Assembly (NCBI GenBank): GCA_951406725.2
Contig: OX597829.1
Span: forward strand, 54,250,001 to 54,314,000
DNA: 64,000 nucleotides
DNA from: Octopus vulgaris
Taxonomy: Eukaryota
Reading direction: 5' to 3'
The position numbers and the translations under genes are program-made. Under the pieces are notes generated by a model. That model was not told the DNA's origin, did no database searches, and worked only from the letters and a program-made list of their open reading frames with translations. Below are positions 13,905-26,289 of this stretch, in pieces (the stretch's first letter is position 1; each line of letters starts with the position of its first letter).

Positions 13905-14260
13905 AGACATGGCTGTGTGGTTAAGAAGTTTGCTTCCCAACCATGTGGTTTCAAGTTCAATCCTACTGTATGGCACATTAAACAAGTGTCTTCTTCAATA
14001 GCCTTGTGCTGTCCAAAGCCTTGTGAGTGGATTTGATAAACAGAAACTGAAAGAAACCCATATGTATGTGTTTGTGTGTGTGTCTTTGTATCACTGCTTG
14101 ACAACTGGTATTGGTGTGTTTACATCTCGGTAACTTAGCCGTTCAGCAAAAGAAACTGATAGAGTAAGTACCAGGCTTTTAAAAAAATGAGCACTGAGGT
14201 CAAATTGTTTGAATAAAATTCAAGGCAGTGCTCCAGCATGGCTGCTCTCCAAGTAAAAGG
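13905..14260 (+). mobile_element. tRNA-derived SINE (family also at ~15660-16105 +, 18700-18990 +, 24280-24435 -, 52110-52480 -)
   Basis: Head catggctgtgtggttaagaag...ggttcaatcc, central caagtgtcttct..gccttgtgagtggatttg, tail gtgctccagcatggc. Confidence 0.8.
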
Positions 14261-14453
14261 TAAGCACACACACGCGCACACATTTAGATAAGGATAGTTA
14301 TGACCTGTCTGTTGGGTTACCCAGGGTTTTGCGTCCATAAAGCACTTTACATCATCTTATCAGACCCCAATGACCAGTGGTCTATACAAGCACCTTTATC
14401 TACTCTACTACTCTATAATTTAGAGTGTTCTCTTTCTGATTTCTGATTTACTG

Positions 14454-14487
<34 letters not shown>

Positions 14488-14488
<1 letters not shown>

Positions 14489-15030
14489 TCATCATCATTT
14501 AGCGTCTGCTTTCCATGCTAGCATGGGTTGGAAGGTTCGACTGGGGTCTGGGAAGCCAGAAGGCTGCATCAGGCCCAGTCCAATCTGGCAGTGTTTCTAC
14601 AGCTTGATGCCCTTCCTAACGCCAACCACTCCGTGAGTGTAGTTGGTGCTTTTTATGTGCCACCGGCATGAAAGCCAGTCAAGGTGGCGCAGGCATCGGC
14701 CACGTTCGGATGGTGCATTTTACGTGCCACCGGCACATGTATCGTAACTACAATTTCTATTTGATATTTATTTTGATGTTGATGTACTTGACTGAATAGG
14801 TCTCCTCAAGAACAGCGGGTCACTCTACGATCCAAGGTTAGCACAGCAGGTCGTTCTGCAATCCAAGGTACTTTGAATGGGCTGGGGCTATGCGAAACTG
14901 GTGCAGGAAGCAGCCCGAGTCTTTGCAGTCACAGCATATCTGCAGAGATCTCGGTGTTTCTTCATTGTCTCTGTGAAGCCCAGCATTTGAAGGTCATGCT
15001 TGACTACCTCATTCCATGTCTTCCTAGGTC
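14488..15030 (-). mobile_element. RTE LINE 3' end
   Basis: Conserved RTE tail with (cat)n next to (TA)n. Confidence 0.8.
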
Positions 15031-16124
15031 TATTTGGTGATGGAAAGAGGAAAAATACAAGTTTATATATGTTTTTATTAACAATTGGCAGAAATTAGAG
15101 TGACTGAAAGGCTAAGAGTTTCCTATGTTGGCACTTATTCAGGACTCAAAATTATGATCTTATGATCATGAATGAAATGTCCTTACCACTAAGCTACACA
15201 CCTTCACAGATGTGTTAAACAAGGAAATCATTTTGTGCGTGTGTGTGTTTGTGCGTGCGCTTATGTGTGTGCGTGCGTGTATACATGCATGCATGCATGT
15301 TTATTTGTGTTTTGTTTGTCTCGCTGTATTGTTTGACAATAGGTGCTGTTTTGTTTCGGCCCTATAACTGAAAAGTTTAGCAAAGTCTATCTTAGAAGAC
15401 TGAAAAAAAAAGTACACATGGAAGTCAGTTTGTTCGAGAAAACCATTCAGGGTGGTGCCCCAACATGGCCACTGTCCAATGACTGAAACAAAAAATAAAG
15501 AAAAAAGATAACACGCACTACCTAGTGTGAAAAATTACTAAAGAATTTTTCGCCATTTGTTTTGTACCGAATAAAAAAAAATGTAGCTGAAGGGAGATAA
15601 TATTAACTTCCTGAATGATTATTTCCCTTATGTTGTACACTTTGCTAATCGCTGGTGTGTGTGTATGTGTGTAGGCGCGGGCGTGACTGCGTGTTATAGG
15701 TTTCATATTCTGTTCCACTACATGAATGACACCTTGGGCAAGTGTATTTTACTTTATGTGGATCAAAATTATACAAATGACAAAAAACAAATAGGCGAGG
15801 GAGCAATAAACAGGCTTTTGACACACAAGGAAAATTGAAGAAATCTTTGACAACCCCGGGCTGACCAAAGCATAGATGGAAACAGAAAGAAGCTCCTTGT
15901 ATGTGTGTGCGTTTGTGGTTTTCTTTTACCACTATTTCACAAATGGTGTTGGTTTGTTTTTGTCTACCATAACTTGGCAGTTCGGCAAAAGAGATTGATA
16001 GAATAAGTAACTGGATTTACAAAGTAAGGACATGGAACGATTCGTTGAAGGCAGTGCTCCAGCATGACCACAGTCCAATGGCTGAAACAGGTAAAGGATA
16101 AAAGATATATACACATGCGTATAT

Positions 16125-16990
16125 ACCCTGGAAAGTCAATCAGAGCCATTGCAAAGGATCTCAAGGTTTCAGAATGGTACCATCAGAAGAGTTGTGCATA
16201 AGGACATCTGGTGTAAGTTGTATATAATGCGGAAGGGTCAGTTTATGTCGGATGTGACAAAAGAGAACTGTTTGATCCATGCAAAGACCCTGCTAAACAA
16301 GTTAAAAAAGAGGTTGGAATTTTTTTTTTTTTTTTCTGGTGTAAAATGTTCAGTGAAGACCCAAAGGTAAACTGAAGGAACGACAGAAACCGAAATGAGG
16401 TTTTCAGGGTCAACCAGCGACTGGGATGGTTCTAGGAGCTGTCAGTAATGAGGGAGATGTTGTTCCTCCTCACTGTTTTTCTCGGGGTTTATACAGAGGA
16501 GTTGGAGAAAGTTGTGAGGCCCTGGACAGACAATGTCATGGAAGCCAGTACATCTTCCAACAAGACTCTGCACTCACTCTTAAGGCTGGGACAACCCAAG
16601 CATGGCTGCATGTTGGAGTCTCCATAATCATGTTCTCCCAGATATATAGCCTCCTACTTCACCAAACCTCAATTCACTGGCCTATTATGTGTAGGGCTTA
16701 GTTGAGAGAGAGGCCAGTCAACACCCCTGTAACACCATACAATCCCTCAAGGCCGCTACAACCAGCACAATGTCTAAAATTGATGAAGATCATCTGATTC
16801 AGGCATGTCAACATATTGAAGCAGCCATCAATGCTAACAATGGATTTATTGAATAAGTGTGATTCTCAAGATTATTTGTACCAAATCATTTTCAAACATA
16901 GTTTTTCTTTGATGAGTTATTCATCTTTTTCTAAATTCATACAAATGACAAAGATGGCTGTGAGTCTCTGGCTATTGGATGCGCCACCCT
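16125..16990 (+). mobile_element. Tc1/mariner (maT-like) transposase remnant
   Basis: MVLGAVSNEGDVVPP..YIFQQDSA motifs; homologous to 59996-61253. Confidence 0.7.
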
Positions 16991-18017
16991 GAACTGGAAG
17001 CATCCAAATTGGTCTTGTGGAACCTACTTCATGTTATCACACTTAGATAGACAACTTGATGGCAGACGTTGGCCTAGAATGTATCCAGGATCTAGAGGCA
17101 GTGATGATGAACTGAGAAGAGTGGGGGATTGAATTTTGTTGCTGTGGGCTGGGTTCCAACGAAGCCATAAAAAAAAAATTCAAATGACCTAAAAAAAAAA
17201 CTGACACACCCTACACACACACAAAATATAATATATATATATGTTCGATTGCCATGCATACTAACATCCACTTTTTTCTGTCGAGGGCCTATATGCCCCA
17301 ATATTAAACTGTTTTCTTCTGCCAACATATGGTGATCACTTTATAAGCTTATATAAAGAGACACCATTTCATGTTTATGTGTGTGAGTATAAATATTTGT
17401 TGTATTTACTAAAACTCCAGGCCACTCAATGTCTTGTGGGTGGATTTGTTAAAAAGACTATACAAACTCTTCACACACACACACACACATGACTGTTGAA
17501 TTGTATCACATTAACGAGAGAGGACAGCTTAGGATATGTTGTTGATTTATGAGTTTCAGTTAGGTGATATGTTTGTTGGTGTGAATCATCATCATCATGG
17601 TCTTAAACTTGAGCCTGCTCATTGCTTTGTGTTCTACTGTTGCTAAATAGTTGTTAATTTTTCTTGTCAGTGGTTATTTTTTGTGGGGTGGTGCTTAAGT
17701 TTCTTTATTTTTGTTGAAAGTAGGGGTTGTAGTGATTAAAAACATGACCTCCTTATCAAGAAACATAAGTAAAATAAACACTACACTACAAAAAATAACA
17801 AATAGCAAAACAGAAAAATAATTAATAACCAGCAAAAGCGAAACACTGAACTTACACCAAGCAAGAGGCCATACACCATCAAACCATGTTATAACAGTGC
17901 TCACCTGAAGATTGCAGTTGCATGAAACTCAAGTCACAAGATAAACAATATATGTGCATGTGTGAATGTTTACACTCTGCAGATGCTCAAAAATTTGCTG
18001 AATTACAATAACTTTGT

Positions 18018-18360
18018 GAAGGCACATGGTGCAGTGGTTAGAGCATTGGGCTCACAATCGTGAGATGGTAAGTTTGATTTTTGGACCAGGCTGTGTGTTG
18101 TATTCTTGAGCAAGACACTTTATTTCACGCTGCTCTAGTTAACTCAGCTCTAGAAATGAGTTGCGATGTCACAGGTGTCAAAGCTGTATCGGCCTTTGCC
18201 TTTCCCTTGGATAACATCAGTGGTGTGGAGAGGGGGAGCTGATATGGATGGGGTGACTGCTGGTTTTCCATGAAAACAACCTTGCCCGGACTTGTGCCTC
18301 GGAGGGGAACTTTCTAGGTGCAATCCCATGCTCATTCATGACCGAAAGGAGTCTTTACCT
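18018..18360 (+). mobile_element. tRNA-derived SINE of a second family
   Basis: Head tggtgcagtggttagagc...agtttgatt followed by a CORE-like ttcttgagcaagacactt segment. Confidence 0.65.
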
Positions 18361-19217
18361 TCTTTACAATTGTTTTGTAGTCATTTCCCTTCCAACAAAT
18401 CATCTGGACTCAAGGCTGTTACAAAAGATGCCATGCAGTTGGATTGAACTTTGGACTCATGATTGCAAAGGGAATCTCTTCACCAGTTAGTTATATCTGC
18501 ATTCATTAACAGTCAGTAGGTACCATGGTATCACACTCCCAACCAAAGTAAAGATAGTTTGCATCTCATAGTATAATATATCTAATTTGTGTTCCTGACA
18601 TTTAATGCTCACTGACTCATGACACCTAACTTCAAAAATATATATCAGTGCCCCAGCATGGCCACAGCCTTAGGGCTGCTATATATAAAATAATATATTG
18701 TGTGATTGTTTGGTAAGAAGCTTGTTTCTCAACCACATGGTTACAGGTTCAGACCCACTGCGTGGCACCTTGGGCAAGTGTCTTCTACTATAGCCTCAGG
18801 TCGACCAAAGCCTTGTGAGTGGATTTGGTAGATGGAAACTGAAAGAAGCCCGTTGTATATGTGTGTGTCTGTGATTGTCCCCAACCACTGCTTAACAAGT
18901 GGTGTTGGTGTGTTTACATCCCCTGTAACTAAAAATTGTTCAAGGCAGAGCCCCAGCCTGGCCACAGTCTATTGACTGAAACAGGAAGAAGGCAGAAAAT
19001 AGCTGTTGTGAGCAATAGAACTAAAATGTGTCATTTCCTAACGATGTTGAGTTCAAGTTTCCTTTGTACCTAAACTGATGCAACCAGAAACTACTTTCTT
19101 TTTCATGGTTATTCCTGCTGACAAATCTTGGTCTCTTTTTTTCTAATACATTTGACAGCTGGTCTGTATTCAACTATGTAAATTGACGGATATTTGTCCT
19201 CATCTTGTTTGATTTTA

Positions 19218-19261
19218 ACATAACGTTTCAGCTGATATACCCTCCAGCCTTCATCAGATGT
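19218..19261 (-). ncRNA. Type I hammerhead motif, canonical core
   Basis: ACAU-CUGAUGA-a-GGCUGG-aggguaua-UCAGCU-GAAAC-GUU-AUGU. Confidence 0.85.
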
Positions 19262-19413
19262 CTTGGGGAAATTTCAAACCTGGGTTCTCATTCCTAAGGT
19301 ATTTTTCGATGTTGTTATTATTATTATTATTATTTATTATTATTCAGGTCACTGCCTGGAATCAAACTCGGAATTTTCGGCTTAGTAGCCCACACTCTTA
19401 ACCAGTATGCCAC

Positions 19414-19486
19414 GGGCATATGGCGTTGTGGGTAAGAGCGTGGGCTACTAACCCCAAGATTCCAAGTTCGATTCCAGGCAATGACC
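19414..19486 (+). promoter_or_regulatory. tRNA-like Pol III head (boxes A and B); not called as a functional tRNA
   Basis: gggcataTGGCGTTGTGGgtaagagcgtgggctactaaccccaagattccaaGTTCGATTCCaggcaatgacc, 73 nt with imperfect stems. Confidence 0.7.
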
Positions 19487-19580
19487 TGTATAATAATAAT
19501 AATAAATAATAATAATAATAGTAATAATAACATCGAAAAATACCTTAGGAATGAGAACCCAGGTTCGAAATTTCCCCAAG

Positions 19581-19624
19581 ACACCTGATGAAGGCTGGAG
19601 GGTATATCAGTCAAAACGTTGTGT
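19581..19624 (+). ncRNA. Hammerhead motif with G12A substitution (probably inactive)
   Basis: ACAC-CUGAUGA-a-GGCUGG-aggguaua-UCAGUC-AAAAC-GUU-GUGU. Confidence 0.7.
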
Positions 19625-20035
19625 TAACAACAAAGAAGACGAGGACAAATATCCGTCAAATGTAAGTTGAATCATAATTGAACCTAAGTGTGAAACTCCG
19701 TCTTATTTAACATTTGTCAAATCCACAATCTGGTCAGAAGTTGTCTCTCAATTATTTAATCTCTAAACAATTCTGTTTTCCTACCCCAATGGATGTACAT
19801 TTACCATGTGTAGTTAAATCATCATTTTACAAATATGGCAAAAGATAAATGTTGTTCAAGAATTCAAATTTGGAGACATCTCTGCTACACTTTCTAGAAA
19901 AATGGAAAACAATAATTTGTTATTAATATTGTTTTTTTTAATCTGTTTTCAGTTATGGAAGAAAGTTTCATAAGTTAAGCTTTTTGATTTTTGTTTGCAG
20001 AAAAACTCTGAGAGAATTTTCTTGTACATTTTCAG

Positions 20036-20186
20036 GGCTTTACAGTTTCCACCAGAAGGTTGGATGAGAATGAGACTTTATCATGCTAGCATTACATGGA
20101 TTACAATTAAACCGGATGGTAAAGTGTCACTAAAACTAGTTGGAGATGCTGGACATATACCAGCACACAAATTATCATTTTCTTAA
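20036..20186 (+). CDS. PGAM5: PGAM5 terminal coding exon
   Basis: Acceptor cattttcag; phase 2 matches. Encodes ALQFPPEGWMRMRLYHASITWITIKPDGKVSLKLVGDAGHIPAHKLSFS-stop, the typical PGAM5 C-terminus. Confidence 0.95.
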
Positions 20187-20206
20187 AAGCAGTGTACTAT
20201 AAAAAA

Positions 20207-20212
20207 AATAAA
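20207..20212 (+). promoter_or_regulatory. Candidate proximal polyadenylation signal of PGAM5
   Basis: AATAAA about 20 nt after the stop codon, followed by T-rich sequence; other AATAAA motifs occur further downstream. Confidence 0.3.
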
Positions 20213-20413
20213 TTATTCTTTTAAAGTTTGTACTAACTATTATTTCTATTTTTATTTCTATGAACATTGATTAAATTTTTTTTGTTTAAGTTTTTTTTTC
20301 CCATTATATTATCCTTCCATTATAGACCAATTTCATAACATCTTGTTTCTCTGTGAAATATATGGTATTCTCTTTTAAAAGTTTACTATTCACTGTGAAG
20401 AGAAGTTGCTTAA

Positions 20414-20632
20414 CCCTTTCATTACAAACCCAGCTGAAACCACCTCTGGCTCTGAGTACAAATGTCTTGTTTTCATAAGTTTTGAATTAAAATCTTCCAC
20501 CAAACCTTCATCACAATTTATGTTCCTAACACTAGCTTAATAGTAACTAAGTTATTTTACTAAATTCTTTGTTATATTTAAAATTAATTGAAAGAAACAG
20601 AGCATCTCAAAATAAATACAGTAATGAAAGGG
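20414..20632. mobile_element. piggyBac-type MITE
   Basis: TTAA-ccctttcattac ... gtaatgaaaggg-TTAA. Confidence 0.8.
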
Positions 20633-21466
20633 TTAAAGGTTAAAATGCTTTCTACTAAAGGTACAAGGCCTGGAATATTTTGCAGGAAATGGGGTTAGTC
20701 ATTTACACTGACACAATACTCAACTGGTACTTATTTCATTGACCCTGAAGGGACAAAAGACAAAGTAGACCTCAGAGGAATTTGAACTCTGAATATAATG
20801 ACAAATGCTTAGCAGCAATTTGTCTGGCACAGTTACAATTCTCCCAGCTCGCCACCTTTGTCTGGTTTGTTAACGATTCTACCACCTTCCAAAGGGTAAT
20901 AATGAGATAACAGTTGTTTTTTTTTTTACAAATCTTTTTAATTATTAAATATATGGTGACATATCACACAAAAATCTAATTTAACAGCGAAATCAAATAC
21001 ATACAGATATGGTTCAGTATCTTTATTCATTCATTACCATCCAATATTGGAACTTGTGCAGTTATTTTGTTGCTTTATACTGGTGGGTATGTAGGCCTAA
21101 TGTAATAGGATGGAGAATAATCTGCAATGCGCTCATCGTTTCTTTCCACTGGTAAGAAAATTATCCGCATCATTACACATGGTCTCCTGTTAGTATCCAT
21201 GGTCCAGTTAAGAATCTGAAATGTCAGTTAAGTTGCCTTTGTTATAATGTTATCCGTAATGGTTTCACTTTCTGTTTGTCCCAAAAGTAGAACTGAAAAG
21301 GGTTTCATCACAATATGGGAGCAGTATTTCGTCACCGTTGAGTGAGACCCTGCAAATGATACGTGAACAACTAATTTTCTTGTTTGTAGAAAAAAATTTT
21401 AAAAATCATAAGTGCATTGTAGATAATGACTTGTGTGTTTTGTGTGTGTATATATATATATTATTA

Positions 21467-21550
<84 letters not shown>

Positions 21551-21621
21551 TAAAAACGGTAAGATAACAAAAGAAAGAATGAGACCTCAATATTATGTAA
21601 ATAGAGGTAATTTATCTATAC

Positions 21622-21793
21622 AATAATATGTTACATTTACTCGATAGTCAGATAAAACTCTGAGTTTCAGATGCCGAAGTGGAAATCCATAACACCATCT
21701 CTTCGGTTCAAAGAGATGGTGTTGTGGATTTCCACTTTGGCATCTGAAACTCAGAGTTTTATCCTGACTATCGAGTAAATGTAACATATTATT
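21622..21793. repeat. ~82 bp-arm foldback between (TA)n tracts with a hammerhead-like motif
   Basis: Near-perfect inverted repeat with loop cggttca. Minus strand reads CCGAAGA-gaug...cauc-u-GAAAC-ucaga-GUU. Confidence 0.75.
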
Positions 21794-22629
21794 TTATATA
21801 TATATATATCAGGTGAATTGGGGGATGTGTAACATGAAACATATAGAGTAGACAATAAATGCAGTTAGCCAACTCTCTTCTTTGATGTTCTTTTATTATA
21901 TATCATTATCATACACACACGTGCATGTACACATGCATTGCATTATCATGGCAAGTGTGTGCTAATATGTATATAACCATCATCATTGTTTCTACTTCCA
22001 TTTTTTTCCCATGTCAGAATGGAATGAGCGAGAGTTTGTCGAGACAGTTTTCTGCATATGTCCTTGTGTCACAAACTCTCATTTGTTTTAAGTTTTCTTT
22101 TTTTTTTTTTGTTACCCTAGTCTTTCACTTAACGAACTCTCTACAACAGTTGAACATATATTATAATCTTGAGTGGGTGAATGTGTGGCAAGCCTTGTAT
22201 ACACTGAAGACAAAATCTTCATTGGTGACAGTGACTTAAGAAAATCAGTTTACATATGTATATATATTCCAGGATGATGATGATAATGAGGAGGAGGGGT
22301 ATCCATGCAGGAACACGTCTTTATGAAGCTCAATCTCCTCAGATCTCATTTTACCATGAACTTGTGTTTTTTTTTTTTATCTATGTTTATTTTTAAATAA
22401 AAATTTAATTATGATTTAGTTGTTTACAAATATAGTATTGGATTCTTTTTTCATTCTATTTAATTCTATTTTAAATTAAATCTTAATGATCTGGACGATT
22501 TTACAAAATTTCTTCTAGTTTCAGTAATATGTGTTGTTCAGTTTTCTTGTAAAAATATTCGTATATTTAATGTCAGTGCATAACTGTTTCTTGAATAAAT
22601 CAATACCAAATTATTGATTCAAATTTGTT

Positions 22630-23490
22630 TTAATCCATCTGACAAGTATACTGAGAATACCCAGGCCTTCCTATGAGTTTACCAAATCCAAGATGAGAAT
22701 AAGTCACCTACTTTACATGGATGACCTCAAGCTGTATACAAAAGCTGAGACAAACCTGGATTCTCTAGTCCAAATAGACTGAAAATATTCAGTAAAGACA
22801 CTGGAATGGAGTTTGGGGTAGATAGGGGCATGCTACTGGAAGATGGTCTGGTGGCATGAGATTACCACAAGAGAACATCATTAGATCATTGTGGAATAAT
22901 GAAGGATACAAATACTGCAAAATGTTAAGATGAGGAAAAGAGAAACAAGAGAGAAAGTCAGTAAAGAGTACAAGAGAAGAATTAGGAAGGAGCTGAAAAC
23001 AAGAATTGAATGGTGGAGACATCATTAAAACCATAAATACATGTGCTACAGCGGTACTGAGATGCTCTGCCTCCACCTTTCTGAAATGGGCGAAAATTGA
23101 GCTACAGAACTTGGATAGAAGAACAAAAATGCTATTAACAATGCACTTAGTAAGACTGATTGACTTTATCTACCAAGAAGGGAAGGTGGTTGAGAATTAC
23201 TAACTCAAAAGACACTGTTGATATTGCGACAGTGGGCCCTGTGCAAAGTAAAGAATGAATACTTTTGGCATCTAGAGATATCCAAAAAGGGACTGAAACA
23301 GTAGGAGAATTGAAAGGGAAAGCAAAGCAGCAGAAAGAAATGGAAAGGAATGGAATTGCATGGCCTAATCATGCGACAAACTGACCATGTTGGAAGTAAA
23401 GATCCCTGGGTTTGGCTGATGGACAGGAAGCGGAAACAAGAGGCAGAAACACTGATTACGGCCACTCAGGAACAGACCCTAAGAACAAAT
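22630..23490 (+). mobile_element. Decayed R4/Dong-like non-LTR retrotransposon RT region
   Basis: ISHLLYMDDLKLY, LNGGDIIKTINT, ELQNLDRRT..LLTMH, and WL...ETLITATQEQTLRT motifs across frames. Confidence 0.7.
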
Positions 23491-24961
23491 GAATGGGAGA
23501 GAGCTACTATCGTCCTTCGTTACGTTAGCAGCACAGTGTAATGGATGAAAGAGAATGAGTGACAGAGGGAGGAGAAGTTGGCATGGGGTAGCAGTAGATT
23601 CAGACATTGGGCAAGGGACCCATATGTAGATTTGTATATCATACATCACCTTCATTACTAACACTATTTTAAATATTCATTTTGCTGTACTTGCTTGGAT
23701 GGGCATATATTTTCCCATAATGCATGTCACCATCATCTCAGTCCTTTGTCATTTCCTCTGACACTTGGCATATTGCGATCAGACTTCTCCAATCCATCTC
23801 ATGTCTTTTTGAGACTCATTTTCCTCGTGTTTTGTTCACCTTAAACAGCTTGCATTTCTTTATATGGCTCCTACTTTGCACCCTCATCTCATGTCAGTCT
23901 CCATGCAGTCTTCTCTCTTGTACACTAGACCTCATTTCTCATACCTTTTCTCTTTTTCTTTGTTACTTGTTTTAGTCATTGGACTGCAGCCATTGCTGAA
24001 CTTTAGTCAAGTGAATTGATGCCAATACTTCTATTGTTTTCGAGCCTGGTACATATTCTATCATTCACTTTTGCCAGACTGCTAAGTTATGGGAATATAA
24101 ACACACTAACAATGGTTGTCAGGCAGTAGTGAAGGACAAACGCAGATAGAAAGACACACACCCAGGGTAAGACGGGCTTCTCTTAGAGGCCTGCAAAATT
24201 TTAAGTTGCAAGGAGCTGAATCATACGGTTGTTAATAATATACATATATATAAATATATGTGTGTGTGAGAGAGACAGGCTTCTTTCAGTTTCTGCCTAC
24301 CAAATCCACTCACAAAGCTTTGGTTGACTGGAGACTATAGTAGAAGACATTTGCCCAAGGCACCACAAAGTAGGACTGAACCTGGAACCATGTGGTTGGG
24401 AAGCAAACTTCTTACCACACAGCCATGCCCGCACCTGTATTCAGTTTTTTACTCAATTCATTTGTACTCTGCTGTTCATCTATACTAACACTACACACCT
24501 AGAAGAGCATGCTTATTTCTTGCTACCTTTTCCAAATCATCTGTATTTAAGGCAAAATGTACATTTTACATTACGTAATCTGTTTTTCATTCTGAAAAAG
24601 AAATCCCTTGTTATCAGCAGAGTTAAATAACTCCTTGAATTTTCTCCAACTGATTCTTAGTCTGGCTACTATATAGTTGGAACACCCTCCTCCACTCCTA
24701 ATAAGGTCATTTTAGTAACAGAAACCATCAGCTAATTCTATGGTATGTCCAAAGTATTTGAGCGACTCTGTTTGCCATACACTATTAGTGCTTATTGCTC
24801 CTGCAAATTTATCCGAATTTCTTGGCAAGTCTCTATAGTAATTCCAAACTCTGAGTAAAGATTGAAATTTTCAGGAAGTTTGTGAAGAGTTGTTACATGA
24901 TTAGTGGTATATTGTCATCTGTAATTCATCAGTGTCTCTTAAAAATACAACAATCAATATA

Positions 24962-25212
24962 CAGGGTGGTGCGAAAGTAGGTATACAGTTATGGAAAAAA
25001 AACAAACATGTACAATACTCATTTATTTTTATCAAAAAGAAATTAAAAGTTACAATAGAAGTATTAATATAGTTATGGTAGAAGTATTATTATGATTAAT
25101 GATACTGAAAATATCCAAAATGAGGCTAATTAATTTAATGTGCTAATAATTTTAATGAATCATTATAACACCAGTGTGATACTTACTGTATGTCTACTTT
25201 TGCACCTGGCTG
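24962..25212. mobile_element. Tc1-type MITE
   Basis: TA-cagggtggtgcgaaagtaggtatacagt ... actgtatgtctacttttgcacctggctg-TA. Confidence 0.6.
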
Positions 25213-26289
25213 TATATGCAGCACATAATCAAGCCAGGTATTCCGTTCTTGCTGAAAGGAACAGTGAAATATTGGAAATGCCTCACTTTGCTTCCACTGT
25301 GTCTATAATCGCCAAAACAACACCTACAATTGCTGCAAGTCCCCTGGATACTGATTGTAATACCTTTTGGAAGGAAAATAATCTTTGTCCAAAGTCAGTA
25401 ACAAACATTGAGATACAAGATGTAAAACAAACTACTGGCTGCTATTTTTGCATCTGTTCTTCTGCTCTTAATACTGTTGTATCACAAAGTTTATGGTTTG
25501 CTGAGGGGGAAGTGATAATCAACAATCGTACCCAGAATTCAAAACCCTATCAGTTCAGTAACAGGGAAAAAGGCCACAGTGTATCAAGTATCCATTTTTG
25601 GTTGTGACTGTCCTTATCAGGTGATCTTGACTCATATTTCAGCGAATCATTGTTCTGATGCATTTGTATGGTGACACGATTAATGGAAATTTGACTCCAA
25701 ACTGCAGGAAACTCAAGACAGAGGATTCATAAAGATTTCCGTGGTTAACTGGTAGTTATGCCACTCCAACTTCTTGCATAAAAAAGATCACATCTCACCA
25801 AGTATGACTGCATAACATTTTCTTCTCTTGCCAAGCATGCAATCTCACATACTGAGCTACTGGTATTCAGCTTCACAGCTTTTGGTAAAGTAACAATCTT
25901 AACGTCAATCTGTGAATAAAATGTTAATAAAATTTAGATATTGTGATGAAGTTTTATTTGGGAGTAGCATGCTGCCAGACCAAATAATCCAGCTCCCAAC
26001 CAACCCACAACACAATGGTATAAAACTGAAAGGTAAGCATTATTCTTATGTTAAAGTATTCTTAAAAATCTGTGTAGTGCTTTTATTTTTGATTGAGATT
26101 TTCAGAAGCAGAATAGCTGTGAATATGGTGGCTTCTCATGAGATCTTAGTCAAACAAATTGTAAATATTATACAACTGAGAGAGCGAGAGACTTATACAT
26201 TTACCTAATTTTCTGCTACACAGAAAATTTATAGAGGGGTTTATAAGCCCTCTGGAACTTCTGGAAGTCTCACAGCCTCATCCAGCCGT

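Larger units (their letters stand above)
19183..19659. mobile_element. Head-to-head inverted pair of tRNA-head + (TAA)n + hammerhead units
   Basis: ~230 bp arms centred near 19412; each arm has a tRNA-like segment, (TAA)n and a hammerhead. Confidence 0.85.

Noticed and set aside
19414-19486. Functional tRNA gene
   Set aside because: Imperfect stems, no T-run terminator, and embedded in a repeat; treated as a tRNA-derived head.
25140-25607. 155 aa + strand ORF
   Set aside because: Starts inside a MITE and has no recognisable domain.
25745-25909. Possible minus-strand exon (acceptor ttattcacag, IDVKIVTLPKAVKL...)
   Set aside because: 54 codons, no recognisable homology and no partner exons; needs RNA-seq.
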